DNA of 64,000 bases, taken from NCBI GenBank assembly GCA_945861665.1, contig CAMAVS010000001.1:146403-210402 (forward strand), read 5' to 3'. Source of the DNA: Chitinophaga pinensis. Its GTDB lineage: Bacteria; Bacteroidota; Bacteroidia; UBA4408. The position numbers and the translations under genes were made by a program. This document shows positions 40,823 through 52,007 of this stretch, one piece after another (the stretch's first letter is position 1; each line of letters starts with the position of its first letter). The notes under the pieces were generated by a model, which saw only the letters and a program-made list of their open reading frames with translations, was not told the origin of the DNA and searched no databases.

Positions 40823-41767
40823 ATGTCTTCTGAAGTTGAAAAAGTAAACTGCTTTATTATTGGTTCCGGCCCTGCGGGATATACAGCTGCAATATACGCA
40901 TCGCGTGCAGGTTTAAAACCACTTATGTATCAAGGTTTACAGCCGGGCGGACAATTAACTATAACTACTGAAGTGGAGAATTATCCGGGGTACCCAAACG
41001 GAATTCAAGGACCTGAAATGATGGAGGATTTTAAAAAACAAGCAGAGCGGTTTGGTGCAGATATTCGTTGGGGAATAGCTACTTCAGTAGACTTTTCAGT
41101 TTTTCCACGAAAAATCATTACTGAGGATAATAAAACTATTTTAGCCGATACTGTAATTATTGCAACAGGAGCATCAGCAAAATGGTTAGGTATAGCTAGT
41201 GAAGAAAAATTTAATGGCTTTGGCGTTTCGGCTTGTGCTGTTTGCGATGGTTTCTTTTTTAAAGGACAGGATGTAGCAATTGTAGGTGCCGGTGATACAG
41301 CAGCTGAAGAAGCATCTTACCTCTCAAAATTATGCCGTAAAGTTTATATGATTGTCAGACGCGATGAAATGCGTGCGTCAAAAACAATGCAAACTCGTGT
41401 GGAGAATACACCCAATATTGAAATTTTATACAACCACTCCACTGTAGAAATATTAGGCGATAAAAGTGTTAATTCAGTAAAAGTATTGAACAATAAAAGC
41501 AATGAAGAATCGATACTAAACGTTTCCGGCTTTTTTGTGGCTATAGGCCATACACCAAATTCAGGGATATTTAAAGACTTTTTGGAGATGGATGAGAATG
41601 GTTATATTAAAACTATTCCCGGCAGTTCTAAAACAAATGTTGAAGGTGTTTTTGCTTGCGGAGATGTGCAAGATCACATTTACAGACAAGCCGTTACAGC
41701 GGCAGGAAGTGGCTGTATGGCTGCTTTAGATGCCGAAAGATACTTAGCTGCAAAAGGAATACACTAA
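40823..41767 (+). CDS. trxB: Thioredoxin-disulfide reductase
   Basis: GSGPAGYTAA, GVSACAVCDG, GAGDTA, RQAVTAAGSG. Confidence 0.98.
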   Translation: MSSEVEKVNCFIIGSGPAGYTAAIYASRAGLKPLMYQGLQPGGQLTITTEVENYPGYPNGIQGPEMMEDFKKQAERFGADIRWGIATSVDFSVFPRKIITEDNKTILADTVIIATGASAKWLGIASEEKFNGFGVSACAVCDGFFFKGQDVAIVGAGDTAAEEASYLSKLCRKVYMIVRRDEMRASKTMQTRVENTPNIEILYNHSTVEILGDKSVNSVKVLNNKSNEESILNVSGFFVAIGHTPNSGIFKDFLEMDENGYIKTIPGSSKTNVEGVFACGDVQDHIYRQAVTAAGSGCMAALDAERYLAAKGIH

Positions 41768-41775
41768 GTCGCTTA

Positions 41776-42447
41776 ATGCATTCAATTGTAACTACTGACG
41801 ATGGTTCTCATTCCTTATATGAAGAACAATTAAATGAACAGTATCATTCAAAAAATGGTGCCATTAATGAGTCTAATCACGTGTTTATTCAAGCAGGATT
41901 ACGCTTCACAAACAATCACTTTTCAAGTATTCACATACTTGAAATTGGCTTAGGGACAGGCTTAAATGCTATTCTTACTCTCAAAGAAAATGCTTCTATC
42001 AACAAAAGTATTCAGTATGATGCACTTGAACCCTTTCCAATTAAAGAAGAGATTGTTACAAAACTAAACTATGTTTCACTCTTAGGGATAGAATTCGAGC
42101 CGGCTTTTAAAAAAATACATTCCTGTGTATGGGAAAAAGACATTGCGCTAAGACCTAATTTCTATTTCAAAAAAAAGTTGAACAAATTAGAAAAATGGGA
42201 GGGTGATAAAAATTACAATCTTATATACTTTGATGCCTTTTCCCCTTCAACACAGCCAGAATTGTGGACAAAAACAATATTTGAAAAACTAAATGGATTG
42301 TTATTGAACAACGGAAGTTTGGTTACTTATTGTGCAAAAGGGGAAGTTAAACGCCAGTTAAAAGCGGCAGGTTTTGTTGTTGAATCTCTCCCTGGCCCCC
42401 TTGGAAAAAGAGAAATGATACGTGCCATTAAAAGCGATAAAAATTGA
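41776..42447 (+). CDS. mnmD: tRNA (mnm5s2U34) methyltransferase MnmD (stand-alone MnmC methyltransferase domain)
   Basis: DGSHSL...YHS..GA..ES.HVF, EIGLGTGLN, YFDAFSP..QPELW, KREM. Start set at ATG 41776 after the trxB stop. Confidence 0.9.
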   Translation: MHSIVTTDDGSHSLYEEQLNEQYHSKNGAINESNHVFIQAGLRFTNNHFSSIHILEIGLGTGLNAILTLKENASINKSIQYDALEPFPIKEEIVTKLNYVSLLGIEFEPAFKKIHSCVWEKDIALRPNFYFKKKLNKLEKWEGDKNYNLIYFDAFSPSTQPELWTKTIFEKLNGLLLNNGSLVTYCAKGEVKRQLKAAGFVVESLPGPLGKREMIRAIKSDKN

Positions 42448-42466
42448 TATATACAATTGTAAATAA

Positions 42467-42480
42467 TTGATCAATATCAA
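42467..42480 (+). promoter_or_regulatory. FNR/Crp-family-type box TTGAT-N4-ATCAA upstream of usp
   Basis: Exact TTGATCAATATCAA; a -7-like TATCTTTA lies at 42523-42530. Confidence 0.55.
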
Positions 42481-42553
42481 AAAAGCAGAGCGCAATAGTT
42501 TACAAACAATGGCAAATAATTATATCTTTACATCTTAAACAAAAATTTACATA

Positions 42554-43429
42554 ATGGATTTAAGTAGATTAAAAAAACGCGCTTCTTTTCCTTTCGAAAC
42601 AATCGCTACAGCTGTTGCTTTTTCTCCACGACTGGAATCCATCCTTGCCGAAACAAAAAGAATATCGGTACTATTTAACACCAATTTAGTATTGATTCAC
42701 ATCGGGGAAAAAACAACTGAAAAAGAAGAAACATTGGATAAACTTATTGAAAAAATAGGCTTTGATAAGGACAAATATCGAATCATTTGGATGGATGGAG
42801 ACCCTGTAGATACTATTTTAAAATTATGCAAACTGAATACAGTAGATTTAATTATTCTAGGAGCCTTAGAGAAAGAAAATTTATTTAAATACTATGTTGG
42901 CTCCATTGCTCGAAAAATTAGTAGGAGAGCAAAATGTTCGGTATTGCTATTAACCAATCCGAGTGTGAGTCCTAAGAAATTTAAAAAAATTATTATTAAC
43001 GGAGTTGATAACATTAAAACAATTCATACATTAAGAGCAATGGTGTATTTTGCTCGTTATGAAAAAACAAAAAACATAACAGTAGTGCAAGAAGTAAACA
43101 TACCAACCTTAGCAATGACAATGGCTGATAGTAATACTGCACCTGAAGCAAATAAAATAAAAAAAGAATTAGTACAAGAAGAAAGTATTAAACTGCAAGC
43201 AATGCTAGACAGTCTTGATAAAATGGATATTGAAGTTACAATGAAGACATTGAATGGTAAACCAGGTTACGCTATCTCTAACTATGCTAAAATAAAAAAT
43301 GCCGATTTGTTGGTTTTTAACTCTCCCGATACCCACTTAGGAATATTCGACAGAATATTTACACACGACATAGAATACGTACTTGCTGATTTACCTTGCA
43401 ATTTATTAATTATACATTCACGTGTTTAA
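42554..43429 (+). CDS. Universal stress protein (tandem USP domains)
   Basis: IATAVAFSP, DLIILGA, GSIARKISRRAKCSVLLL, and a second domain ending LPCNLLII. Confidence 0.85.
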   Translation: MDLSRLKKRASFPFETIATAVAFSPRLESILAETKRISVLFNTNLVLIHIGEKTTEKEETLDKLIEKIGFDKDKYRIIWMDGDPVDTILKLCKLNTVDLIILGALEKENLFKYYVGSIARKISRRAKCSVLLLTNPSVSPKKFKKIIINGVDNIKTIHTLRAMVYFARYEKTKNITVVQEVNIPTLAMTMADSNTAPEANKIKKELVQEESIKLQAMLDSLDKMDIEVTMKTLNGKPGYAISNYAKIKNADLLVFNSPDTHLGIFDRIFTHDIEYVLADLPCNLLIIHSRV

Positions 43430-44664
43430 TGTATAAACTTTCACATCACGATTTAATTATACTGTTAGCATCAATGTCTGCGATGCTTATATTTTCACGT
43501 ATCGCGTCAGAATTAGGCCGTAAATTAAAATTCCCTGGAGTAATGGGTGAACTTATTGTTGGAATTTTATTAGGCCCAACTATATTAGGTGAGATAGCGC
43601 CTGATTTTTCACATTCACTTTTCCCTAAAGTAGGAAACGTAAGTATTGCCTTGGATGGCATAGTGAAAATATCGGTAATTATGATGCTATTTGTTGCCGG
43701 ATTAGAAGTACAGCTTCCCCTTATGCTAAAGCAAGGTAAAGCTGCAGTTTACACAAGTAGTTTGAGTATGGTAATACCATTTCTTACAGGTTTTTTAGTG
43801 GCTTGGTTTTTTCCGAATTTATTCGAAATTAAAGACGAAAAGCAACATTTGCTATTTTCACTTTTTTTAGGAACAGCGCTAGCTATATCTGCATTGCCTG
43901 TAATTGCTCGAATTCTAATGGATATGAATATATTCAAAACCCGTATAGGGATGATTATTATCGCGTCAGCTATGTTTAATGATTTACTGGGTTGGCTTAT
44001 TTTTTCATTTATTATAAGTTTTATGTCAGGCGGGGCGAGCACTGTTAACGTTTGGTATTCTATTGCATCAATAATTGGCTTTGGCTTATTTATGTTAACT
44101 CTTGGAAAAAAATTAATTGATAGGGCATTGCCTTGGATACAAACAAAATTATCATGGCCAGGTGGTGTATTGGCAATATTACTAGGATCTTGCTTTTTAT
44201 GTGCCGCATTTACCGAATCAATTGGAATACATGCCATATTAGGAGCCTTTATTGCAGGTATTGCTTTCGGTGATTCAGTTCATTTGAATGAAAAGGCACG
44301 TGAAATTATTCATCAATTTGTTACCAATATTTTTGCTCCGTTATTTTTTGTTTCAATTGGGCTAAGTGTAAATTTTATTGAAAATTTCAATTGGCTAATT
44401 GTAGTTATTATTTTAGTTTTAGCTTATGTTGGAAAAGTTGCCGGTGCAGGAATTGGGGCCTACCTTGGAGGTTTTACAAAAAAGGAATCACTTGCTATTG
44501 GTTTTGGAATGAATGCACGAGGTGCAATGGAAATTATTTTGGGTAATTTAGCATTAAATGCAGGCTTAATAAATGAAACTGTGTTTGTTGCACTTGTCAT
44601 AATGGCTCTCATTACAAGTTTATCAAGCGCACCCTTGATGCGTAAATTTTTAGAACTTAATTAA
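43429..44664 (+). CDS. Cation:proton antiporter (CPA2, Na+/H+ exchanger family)
   Basis: GELIVGILLGPT, ISALPVIARIL, APLFFVSIG, MNARGAME. ATG overlaps the usp stop (TAATG). Confidence 0.92.
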   Translation: MYKLSHHDLIILLASMSAMLIFSRIASELGRKLKFPGVMGELIVGILLGPTILGEIAPDFSHSLFPKVGNVSIALDGIVKISVIMMLFVAGLEVQLPLMLKQGKAAVYTSSLSMVIPFLTGFLVAWFFPNLFEIKDEKQHLLFSLFLGTALAISALPVIARILMDMNIFKTRIGMIIIASAMFNDLLGWLIFSFIISFMSGGASTVNVWYSIASIIGFGLFMLTLGKKLIDRALPWIQTKLSWPGGVLAILLGSCFLCAAFTESIGIHAILGAFIAGIAFGDSVHLNEKAREIIHQFVTNIFAPLFFVSIGLSVNFIENFNWLIVVIILVLAYVGKVAGAGIGAYLGGFTKKESLAIGFGMNARGAMEIILGNLALNAGLINETVFVALVIMALITSLSSAPLMRKFLELN

Positions 44665-44688
44665 AATCTAGAATTATAAAAAAGGAAT

Positions 44689-44725
44689 ACTTAGCGAATT
44701 AAACAAACAGTTGATTTTGCTAAGT
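44689..44725 (+). terminator. Possible hairpin/terminator after the antiporter gene
   Basis: ACTTAGCGAA...TTTGCTAAGT inverted repeat with a long loop and weak T tail. Confidence 0.4.
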
Positions 44726-44866
44726 TCTTAAGCTTACAACAAGTATTATACTATACTAGTGCTTTTGAGGTATTTTGTATAGTGTTTTTATATGTAATAA
44801 ATTAACCTAAAAATTAAATTATTAATACTACTTTCGTAACACTAAATTAATACCTCCAATTAGTTA

Positions 44867-45631
44867 ATGAGACTATTTTCGAAAGATATTTTTGGACACT
44901 ATAATATTTTAAAACGTATCTTAATTTCTACGGTTGGCTTGATTACATTTCCACGATTTAATTGGATTAACAAAACAAAAATATCAGGGACAGAGCATCT
45001 TAAAAATTTAAGAAAAAAAAATGTTCTTTTTGTTTCCAATCATCAAACATACTTTGCCGATGTAATTGCTATGCAGCACGTTTTTTGTAGCGTAAAGTAT
45101 GGCTTCAAAGATTCAATTCGCAATCCAATATACTTACTCAATCCAATGACAACAAGTAGCTTTATTGCTGCTAAGGAAACAATGAAGGCTGGATTATTAC
45201 CAAAAATATTTGCATATGCCGGATCAATATCCATAAAAAGAACTTGGCGAGAATCCGGTAAAGACATCAATCGACAAGTAGAAATGTCAGATATTACAAA
45301 AATAGAAAATGCACTCAACCAAGGCTGGGTAATTACATTTCCACAAGGAACAACAACACCTTACGTTGAAGGAAGAAGGGGAACTGCTCATATTATAAAA
45401 GAGTTTAAACCTATCGTTATACCTGTAGTGATTGATGGATTTAGAAGAGCTTTTGATAAAAAAGGCTTGAGGTTGAAAAAGAAAGGAGTGAATTTATCAG
45501 TAACATTTAAAGCTCCACTCAACATTGATTTTAAGGATTCAGCGGATAGCATAATGGAAAAAATAATGTTTGAAATTGAGCAAAGCAAAATCTTTGCTTT
45601 CGAAAAAAAGGAAGTAGCTATTAGCACATAA
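44867..45631 (+). CDS. Lysophospholipid acyltransferase family protein (PlsC-like)
   Basis: NHQTYFAD (HX4D) and FPQGT motifs. Confidence 0.9.
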   Translation: MRLFSKDIFGHYNILKRILISTVGLITFPRFNWINKTKISGTEHLKNLRKKNVLFVSNHQTYFADVIAMQHVFCSVKYGFKDSIRNPIYLLNPMTTSSFIAAKETMKAGLLPKIFAYAGSISIKRTWRESGKDINRQVEMSDITKIENALNQGWVITFPQGTTTPYVEGRRGTAHIIKEFKPIVIPVVIDGFRRAFDKKGLRLKKKGVNLSVTFKAPLNIDFKDSADSIMEKIMFEIEQSKIFAFEKKEVAIST

Positions 45632-45635
45632 CACC

Positions 45636-46028
45636 ATGCAAAAAATATTCCTAACCTACGGTTCTATTTTTGGAATATTGGGTGTAATTCTTGGTGCAAT
45701 GGGAGCACACGCTTTAAAAAGTCAACTATCTTCCGAACAATTGGTAAGTTATGAAACAGGGGTTAAATTTCAAATGTATCATGCCATTGCTTTAATACTC
45801 ATTGCTTTATTAATCGACAAACTTGATAACAAATCGCTTCGGTACAGTGGCTACTTTTTTATTGCAGGAGTGTTTCTGTTTTCCGGATCGGTTTATTTAT
45901 TATCACTTAAAAATGTATTGGGTATTGAGAATTGGACTTTTTTGGGTCCAATTACGCCATTTGGTGGAGTCTGTTTTATTATAGGTTGGATTTTTATTTT
46001 ACTTGCTGCCATAAAATTAAAAATATAG
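45636..46028 (+). CDS. DUF423 (YgdD/TMEM256) membrane protein
   Basis: GAMGAHAL, FQMYHA, FSGSVY, GPITPFGG. Confidence 0.92.
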   Translation: MQKIFLTYGSIFGILGVILGAMGAHALKSQLSSEQLVSYETGVKFQMYHAIALILIALLIDKLDNKSLRYSGYFFIAGVFLFSGSVYLLSLKNVLGIENWTFLGPITPFGGVCFIIGWIFILLAAIKLKI

Positions 46029-46029
46029 T

Positions 46030-47517
46030 ATGAGTTATTCAGATTACAAGGAGCAATTGCAAAAAATTGCTGATATTAATTATTCTTCGGCATTGCTAAG
46101 TTGGGACCAAGAAGTACATATGCCTCCTAAAGGTGCCGAAATTAGAGCGCGTCAACTATCAACACTTGCAGGTGTAGCACACGATATGCTTACTGCCGAG
46201 TCATTTGGAGTACTATTAAATGCGTTAAAAGCAGATACTTCCTTATCAAAAAAAGAATCAAAAAATATTGCCTTATCACTAAAGGATTATACCAATAGAA
46301 AAAAATACAGCCGTGAATTTGTTGAGCTAATGAGTAAAACAATTTCACAAACATTTCAAGCCTGGCAAGAAGCAAAAGAAAAAAACGACTTTTCTATTTA
46401 TGCCCCACAACTTGAAAAATTAGTAAAACTGAAAAGAGAAGAGTGTACCATTTTAGGTTATAAAGAACACCCTTACGATGCCCTACTCGACCAATATGAG
46501 CCAGAAATTAAAACATCTGACTTAACGATGCTTTTTAGTGATGTACGTATACAATTGGTTGATTTTGTAAAAAAAATTGCTGAAAAGCCACAAATTAAAG
46601 GTGACTTTATGTTCCAATATTTTGACAAAGACACCCAATGGAAGTTTGGATTGGATTTACTAAAACAAATGGGATATGATTTAGAAGCAGGTCGACAAGA
46701 CATATCATCACACCCCTTTACCATCAATTTCAATTCACACGATGTTCGCGTTACTACTCGTGTAAATGAAAACAATTTGCACGAAATGATTTGGAGCTGT
46801 ATTCACGAAGGTGGTCACGCTTTATACGAACAAGGACTAGATTTTAACGACTATGGACTTCCTTCGGCAGAAGCGATTTCATTAGGCATTCACGAATCGC
46901 AATCCCGATTGTGGGAAAACAATATAGGAAGAAGTTTCGGCTATTGGAAACAAAATTTTCCTCTTATTCAATCCTATTTTCCGGAACAATTAAAAAATGT
47001 AACTGTTGCCGATTTTTACAAAGCGATGAATCTTGTTGAGCCTTCTTTGATTAGAACAAGTGCCGATGAGTTAACCTATCATTTTCATATACTTATTCGT
47101 TTTGAAATTGAAAAAGCATTAATTGAAGGGGGTATTGAAGTATCTGATTTACCTGCACAATGGAACAAAAAATACAAGGAATATTTAGGAATAGATGTTC
47201 CGAATGATTCACATGGAGTATTGCAAGATATACATTGGAGTCATGGTAGTTTTGGTTATTTCCCTACCTATTCGTTAGGAAGTTTTTACGCTGCCCAATT
47301 TTTAAAACAAGCAAAAAATGAAATACCGACATTAGAAAGTGAAATAGAGAATGGAAACATGAAACCCTTACTTGATTGGCTTCGAATTAAAGTACATGGT
47401 CACGGAAAATATTATTCAGCAGAAGAGTTATGTATAATGATATGCGGTGAAAAACTTAACTTCTCTCACTTTATGGAATACGTAAAAGTGAAGTATAGCG
47501 ATTTATACAAATTATAG
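46030..47517 (+). CDS. Carboxypeptidase M32 (Taq family)
   Basis: WDQE, HPF, HEGGHALYEQ, HESQS, QDIHW, GYFPTY. Confidence 0.96.
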   Translation: MSYSDYKEQLQKIADINYSSALLSWDQEVHMPPKGAEIRARQLSTLAGVAHDMLTAESFGVLLNALKADTSLSKKESKNIALSLKDYTNRKKYSREFVELMSKTISQTFQAWQEAKEKNDFSIYAPQLEKLVKLKREECTILGYKEHPYDALLDQYEPEIKTSDLTMLFSDVRIQLVDFVKKIAEKPQIKGDFMFQYFDKDTQWKFGLDLLKQMGYDLEAGRQDISSHPFTINFNSHDVRVTTRVNENNLHEMIWSCIHEGGHALYEQGLDFNDYGLPSAEAISLGIHESQSRLWENNIGRSFGYWKQNFPLIQSYFPEQLKNVTVADFYKAMNLVEPSLIRTSADELTYHFHILIRFEIEKALIEGGIEVSDLPAQWNKKYKEYLGIDVPNDSHGVLQDIHWSHGSFGYFPTYSLGSFYAAQFLKQAKNEIPTLESEIENGNMKPLLDWLRIKVHGHGKYYSAEELCIMICGEKLNFSHFMEYVKVKYSDLYKL

Positions 47518-47527
47518 TGTCGTGTAT

Positions 47528-48253
47528 TTATTTTCTTAGCTCAAAGTTTTTGCCAAGATACACCCTTCTAACTTGTTCATCGTTTGCTAACTCTTCTGCA
47601 GTGCCTGCTTTTAAAATTTTACCCTCAAAAAGTAAATAAGCACGGTCGGTAATGGTAAGTGTTTCGTGCACATTATGATCGGTAATTAATATGCCAATAT
47701 TCTTTTCTTTCAATTTTGCTATAATACTTTGAATGTCTTCTACAGCAATAGGGTCTACACCAGCAAAAGGTTCATCCAATAAAATAAAATTAGGGCTAAC
47801 CGCTAAACAACGTGCTATTTCTGTCCTTCTTCTTTCACCACCCGATAACAAATCGCCTCTATTTGAACGTATATGCTGTAAACTGAATTCGTCCAACAAA
47901 CTTTCCAATTTAGCACTCTGTTCCTGCTTCGTAAGATTTGTCATTTCAAGAACTGCTTTGATATTATCCTCTACACTTAATTTACGAAACACTGACGCCT
48001 CTTGTGCCAAATACCCAACACCTAACTGTGCACGCCTATACATGGGCTCATTGGTTATATCCTTATCGTCTAAAAATATTTTGCCTGAATTGGGTTTTAT
48101 CAAGCCTACTGTCATATAAAAAGTTGTCGTTTTTCCAGCACCATTTGGCCCAAGTAATCCAACAATTTCGCCTTGGTTTACTTCAACTGATACACCTTGA
48201 ACAACTGTTCTATTTTTATATTTTTTAATTAAATTCTCTGTACGTAATTTCAT
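47528..48253 (-). CDS. lptB: LPS export ABC transporter ATP-binding protein
   Basis: [40 protein letters not shown]. Start set at MKLRT (48253). Confidence 0.96.
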   Translation of the reverse strand: MKLRTENLIKKYKNRTVVQGVSVEVNQGEIVGLLGPNGAGKTTTFYMTVGLIKPNSGKIFLDDKDITNEPMYRRAQLGVGYLAQEASVFRKLSVEDNIKAVLEMTNLTKQEQSAKLESLLDEFSLQHIRSNRGDLLSGGERRRTEIARCLAVSPNFILLDEPFAGVDPIAVEDIQSIIAKLKEKNIGILITDHNVHETLTITDRAYLLFEGKILKAGTAEELANDEQVRRVYLGKNFELRK

Positions 48254-48254
48254 C

Positions 48255-50720
48255 TTAAAAACCGTATTGAAGTGTTGCGCGTATTCCAAAATTTGTAATG
48301 TTAGGATGATCTAGTTGGGTTAATCGCCAAATAGCATTTATTCGAATTACTCTAAAAATATTTTCTATACCAACTCCTACTTCCGCATAAGGATCCTTCA
48401 ATGAATATAGAGTGGAAGGTAAAATAAGTTCCCCCCTATTTACATCCGATATACTTCCTATAACCGTTTTCCCCATTGCTATTTCGCGCCATTTTAATTT
48501 ACGCATAAGCGGAATGTGGTTTAAAAAAAACCCATCAAAATGGTGGGTAAAGGTGAGCGATGCATATTGGTCGCTGGCAAACTCAAAGTAATTCATTAAG
48601 TTGTATGAATAATAATCGTAAACGTAGGTTTCATTACCTGCGTGCATTTGTAATAATGGATAAGGCAATGTTCCAAATATTTTTCCCGCTTCTATCAGGT
48701 AATCAAAATAACCCAAAGGATTCAAACGGATACGGTCATCACAGCTAAATGATAATCGGTTATAAGAATAATTGCTTCCGAACACACCTTTGAGTCCGAC
48801 TGTGTAATTTAAAATAAAAATTGGGTTACGAGTACCCAAACTTATGCGATCAAACTCTCCGTTTACATATTTTTCATCGTAAGCAAAGCGATTATTGATA
48901 CTTATTTCAGATGATTTAATATTTTGTATGTAGTTTAAGCTTTGTGCATCATCAAAATACTGGTAAACAGTTCCTCCAAGTGGGGTCATTATTCGATGTA
49001 TCATTGTTACACGCGTATTGTATCCTTGAAACCACTCCTTATCATAAAAGGTTTTGTACTGTTCCACTTTTGTAAGATTACTCAAGGGGGTTCTGCGAGC
49101 CAAGGCAACCAATAAATTATCCTGACTAAATGCATTGGTACTTTGCCCCAATATTTCATAATCATTTTTATAATTCACAGCAATTTGTTGGCGAGTTGGC
49201 TTTTTTGATAACATTGCCCTACACCCTATACCGTATTTAAATTCCTTATCCAATGTCCCATAAGCAGTATAGCCATTAAATTCAATCCAATTACTAAATG
49301 CGTTACTTGTTCTACCACCTGTCCTGAAACGATTGCCTTCAATTTGGTTAAAACTGTAGGTGCTGAATATTAAACCATACTCAAACTTACCCTTTACAAA
49401 ATAGCCACTATAAAGAGTTTCAATTATTTTTTTATACATTAAAAAAGCAGGCACCTTTTGAATAGTGTCTACCAACTTATAAATTAATTCTTCATTCTTT
49501 GAGAGAGTGTCGTGTCGTGCAGCTTGCCAAAAATCTTTATCCTTCTGATCAGCACCCTCTTCGACTATCATGTTATCCGTTTTTGAATAAAAATCATCCG
49601 CTTGAGGTTTGTTTATCTTAAAGTTACGGTTCGAAGTAGTTTTACGTCCGTATAAACCTGTAGTTCCTTTAACTTCTACAGGGGTGAAATCAATCACCAT
49701 TTTATCTTTACTAAGCATCCAAGTACTATCAATGTTCACATACTCCTGCACTACACTAAATGTTTTTATGAAGTTTATATTAGCGTCTTCTGCAATCCCC
49801 ATCTCAATACGTTTTAGCGCAAAAGAAGTATCGCTTATCCACATATTTCCATTAAAGGTAAGCTCCTGCTTTCTTTTGGGTTTAAACTGTATGTGGTAAC
49901 ACCAAACATTGCCAAGGTAAAGGCTGTCTATTAAATAATACTTGTAATACAATAAACCATTGTCGGAAATTGGACTCACAAAATATTTCCCAAACACAAT
50001 CATATTGTTGTCGTATATGTTTACTTGCTCGTACATACGACTCATTACATTTGTAATACTTTTATTTTTTATACCCGCAATTTTGGATGCTTTGAGAACT
50101 TCCTTTTTAAACTTCGGAGAATTTTTAAAATAAAAATTCGAAATAGACTCACTCATAAACATTGGTAAATATGGTTTCTCATTTTTATTAGTACTATCAA
50201 TCTTTGAAAACACAAAATCAAATGGCTTAAGTACTTTCCGACCCGTTGTTTTAGGTTTAAGATTATTTATATCAAATTCAATCTTGTTATAGGATTCAAA
50301 TTCATAGGCCAACAACTTCTCGTTATCGTTTCTATACTTATTTTTAATGAGCTTTCTAATAATTATATGTGAAGGATTTTCGCCTGACCTAATTACAACT
50401 TCTTTTAAATCAACTGTATTTATAGTCATCCCAACCGTAATGTTTTGAGATTGGCCAACCTTAATTTTAACAATTTTTTTACGATAACCGATATACGTAA
50501 AAACCAAACTATCGATATTAACAGCACAGCTAATGGCAAAATTACCATCAAAATCGGAAGTAGCTCCAATTCTAGAACCTTTAAATATTACGTTTATAAA
50601 AGGGAGAGGCTCCTGTGAGTCAGCATCAACAACCTTTCCAGTAACTTTGGTGGTTTGGGCAGAAGCATCGAAAAAAACACCAATGCTCGTAAGCAGTAAA
50701 ATCAGTGCTTTCTTTTTCAT
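48255..50720 (-). CDS. DUF5686 and CarboxypepD_reg-like domain outer-membrane protein
   Basis: [26 protein letters not shown]...[17 protein letters not shown]. Confidence 0.85.
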   Translation of the reverse strand: MKKKALILLLTSIGVFFDASAQTTKVTGKVVDADSQEPLPFINVIFKGSRIGATSDFDGNFAISCAVNIDSLVFTYIGYRKKIVKIKVGQSQNITVGMTINTVDLKEVVIRSGENPSHIIIRKLIKNKYRNDNEKLLAYEFESYNKIEFDINNLKPKTTGRKVLKPFDFVFSKIDSTNKNEKPYLPMFMSESISNFYFKNSPKFKKEVLKASKIAGIKNKSITNVMSRMYEQVNIYDNNMIVFGKYFVSPISDNGLLYYKYYLIDSLYLGNVWCYHIQFKPKRKQELTFNGNMWISDTSFALKRIEMGIAEDANINFIKTFSVVQEYVNIDSTWMLSKDKMVIDFTPVEVKGTTGLYGRKTTSNRNFKINKPQADDFYSKTDNMIVEEGADQKDKDFWQAARHDTLSKNEELIYKLVDTIQKVPAFLMYKKIIETLYSGYFVKGKFEYGLIFSTYSFNQIEGNRFRTGGRTSNAFSNWIEFNGYTAYGTLDKEFKYGIGCRAMLSKKPTRQQIAVNYKNDYEILGQSTNAFSQDNLLVALARRTPLSNLTKVEQYKTFYDKEWFQGYNTRVTMIHRIMTPLGGTVYQYFDDAQSLNYIQNIKSSEISINNRFAYDEKYVNGEFDRISLGTRNPIFILNYTVGLKGVFGSNYSYNRLSFSCDDRIRLNPLGYFDYLIEAGKIFGTLPYPLLQMHAGNETYVYDYYSYNLMNYFEFASDQYASLTFTHHFDGFFLNHIPLMRKLKWREIAMGKTVIGSISDVNRGELILPSTLYSLKDPYAEVGVGIENIFRVIRINAIWRLTQLDHPNITNFGIRATLQYGF

Positions 50721-50768
50721 TCTTTCTTTAAAAACATCTATAGCAAATATAACAAATATGTATCTTTT

Positions 50769-51113
50769 TTAGCTTTTATTTATTTCATCCCAAAACTCAA
50801 CAGCCTTTCGCAAATGCGGTATCACAATAGTTCCACCCACAATATTTGCAATAGCGAATACTTCAAATACTTCTTCATTACTCACTTTTTCATCCTTACA
50901 TTTTATTAAATGGTATTTAACGCAATCATAGCATCGTAATACCATAGAGGCAACAAGTCCTAACATTTCTTTCGTCTTAACAGGCAATGTGCCCTCTGAA
51001 TAGGTGTTGGTATCGAGATTAAACAATCTCTTTAATACTAAATTATCCGAAGCCATAATCCGCCCATTCATTTGACTTCTATAGTTATTAAAATCTTCTA
51101 ATTGACTGTTCAT
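50769..51113 (-). CDS. Carboxymuconolactone decarboxylase/AhpD family protein
   Basis: KTKEMLGLVASMVLRCYDCVKYH, GGTIVIPH. Confidence 0.9.
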   Translation of the reverse strand: MNSQLEDFNNYRSQMNGRIMASDNLVLKRLFNLDTNTYSEGTLPVKTKEMLGLVASMVLRCYDCVKYHLIKCKDEKVSNEEVFEVFAIANIVGGTIVIPHLRKAVEFWDEINKS

Positions 51114-51122
51114 TTGCTTAGA

Positions 51123-51965
51123 TTAAATGAGCTTATGTAATTTGTGATTGCGAACAACGTATGCAGATACATAAATACTTACTTCATACAAAAGATACAA
51201 TGGAAATGCTACCATCAACTGGGAAGTAACATCGGGCGAAGGTGTAATTACAGCTGCCACAATTAAAATTACGACAACAGAGTGTTTGCGATATTTACGT
51301 AAAAATGTATCTGTAACCAAGCCTACTTTACTTAAAAAATAAATAATAATAGGCAATTCAAAAATAAGTCCTGCTGCAAGTGTTAAGGTAGTTACAGTAG
51401 AAATGAACGAATCCATTTCTATCATATTTTTTACATCAGAACTTATTTTATAACTTGCCAAAAAATTTACCGACAAGGGAACAATGGCATAATAACCAAA
51501 CAAAACTCCACAAATAAAAAGGAGCGAACTGTAAAATACAACACCTGAAGTATAATTTTTTTCAGTTTGTTTTAAAGCAGGCTTTATAAAACGCCATAGT
51601 TCCCATAAAACATAAGGTAAAGCAATAATAAAGCCACCTACCAAAGAAACCCAAATATGCATTGTAAACTGGCCCGACAAATTCGTGTTTATAAGTTCAA
51701 ACGGAATCGTTGTAACACATAACCCATCTTCAAGATTTAATGCCACAGAAAGCTTACAAAGCATTCTGTACGTCCAAAAATCAGTATGTTTTGAAGCAAA
51801 AATAATACCATCGAAAACAAATTCGCGAAAACAAAAAAGTACAACTGCAAAAGTTACTATAGCTAAAACAGAACGTACCAAATGCCAACGCAAGGCTTCA
51901 ATATGATCTAAAAAAGACATTTCAGCACCAGGATTGTGCGATGATTTACTAAACAATTTCCACAT
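51123..51965 (-). CDS. tatC: Twin-arginine translocase subunit TatC
   Basis: MSFLDHIEALRWH, LWRFIKPAL, FELP, ITPSPD, LYEVS. Start set at 51965 because TATCTTTG (51981-51988) overlaps the longer start. Confidence 0.96.
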   Translation of the reverse strand: MWKLFSKSSHNPGAEMSFLDHIEALRWHLVRSVLAIVTFAVVLFCFREFVFDGIIFASKHTDFWTYRMLCKLSVALNLEDGLCVTTIPFELINTNLSGQFTMHIWVSLVGGFIIALPYVLWELWRFIKPALKQTEKNYTSGVVFYSSLLFICGVLFGYYAIVPLSVNFLASYKISSDVKNMIEMDSFISTVTTLTLAAGLIFELPIIIYFLSKVGLVTDTFLRKYRKHSVVVILIVAAVITPSPDVTSQLMVAFPLYLLYEVSIYVSAYVVRNHKLHKLI

Positions 51966-52007
51966 AAACTTAAGCTCCAGCAAAGATAGGATTTATTATC
52001 CTTTTAG

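Noticed and set aside
41656-41775. Extended N-terminus of mnmD
   Set aside because: It overlaps the trxB 3' end; family similarity starts at ATG 41776.
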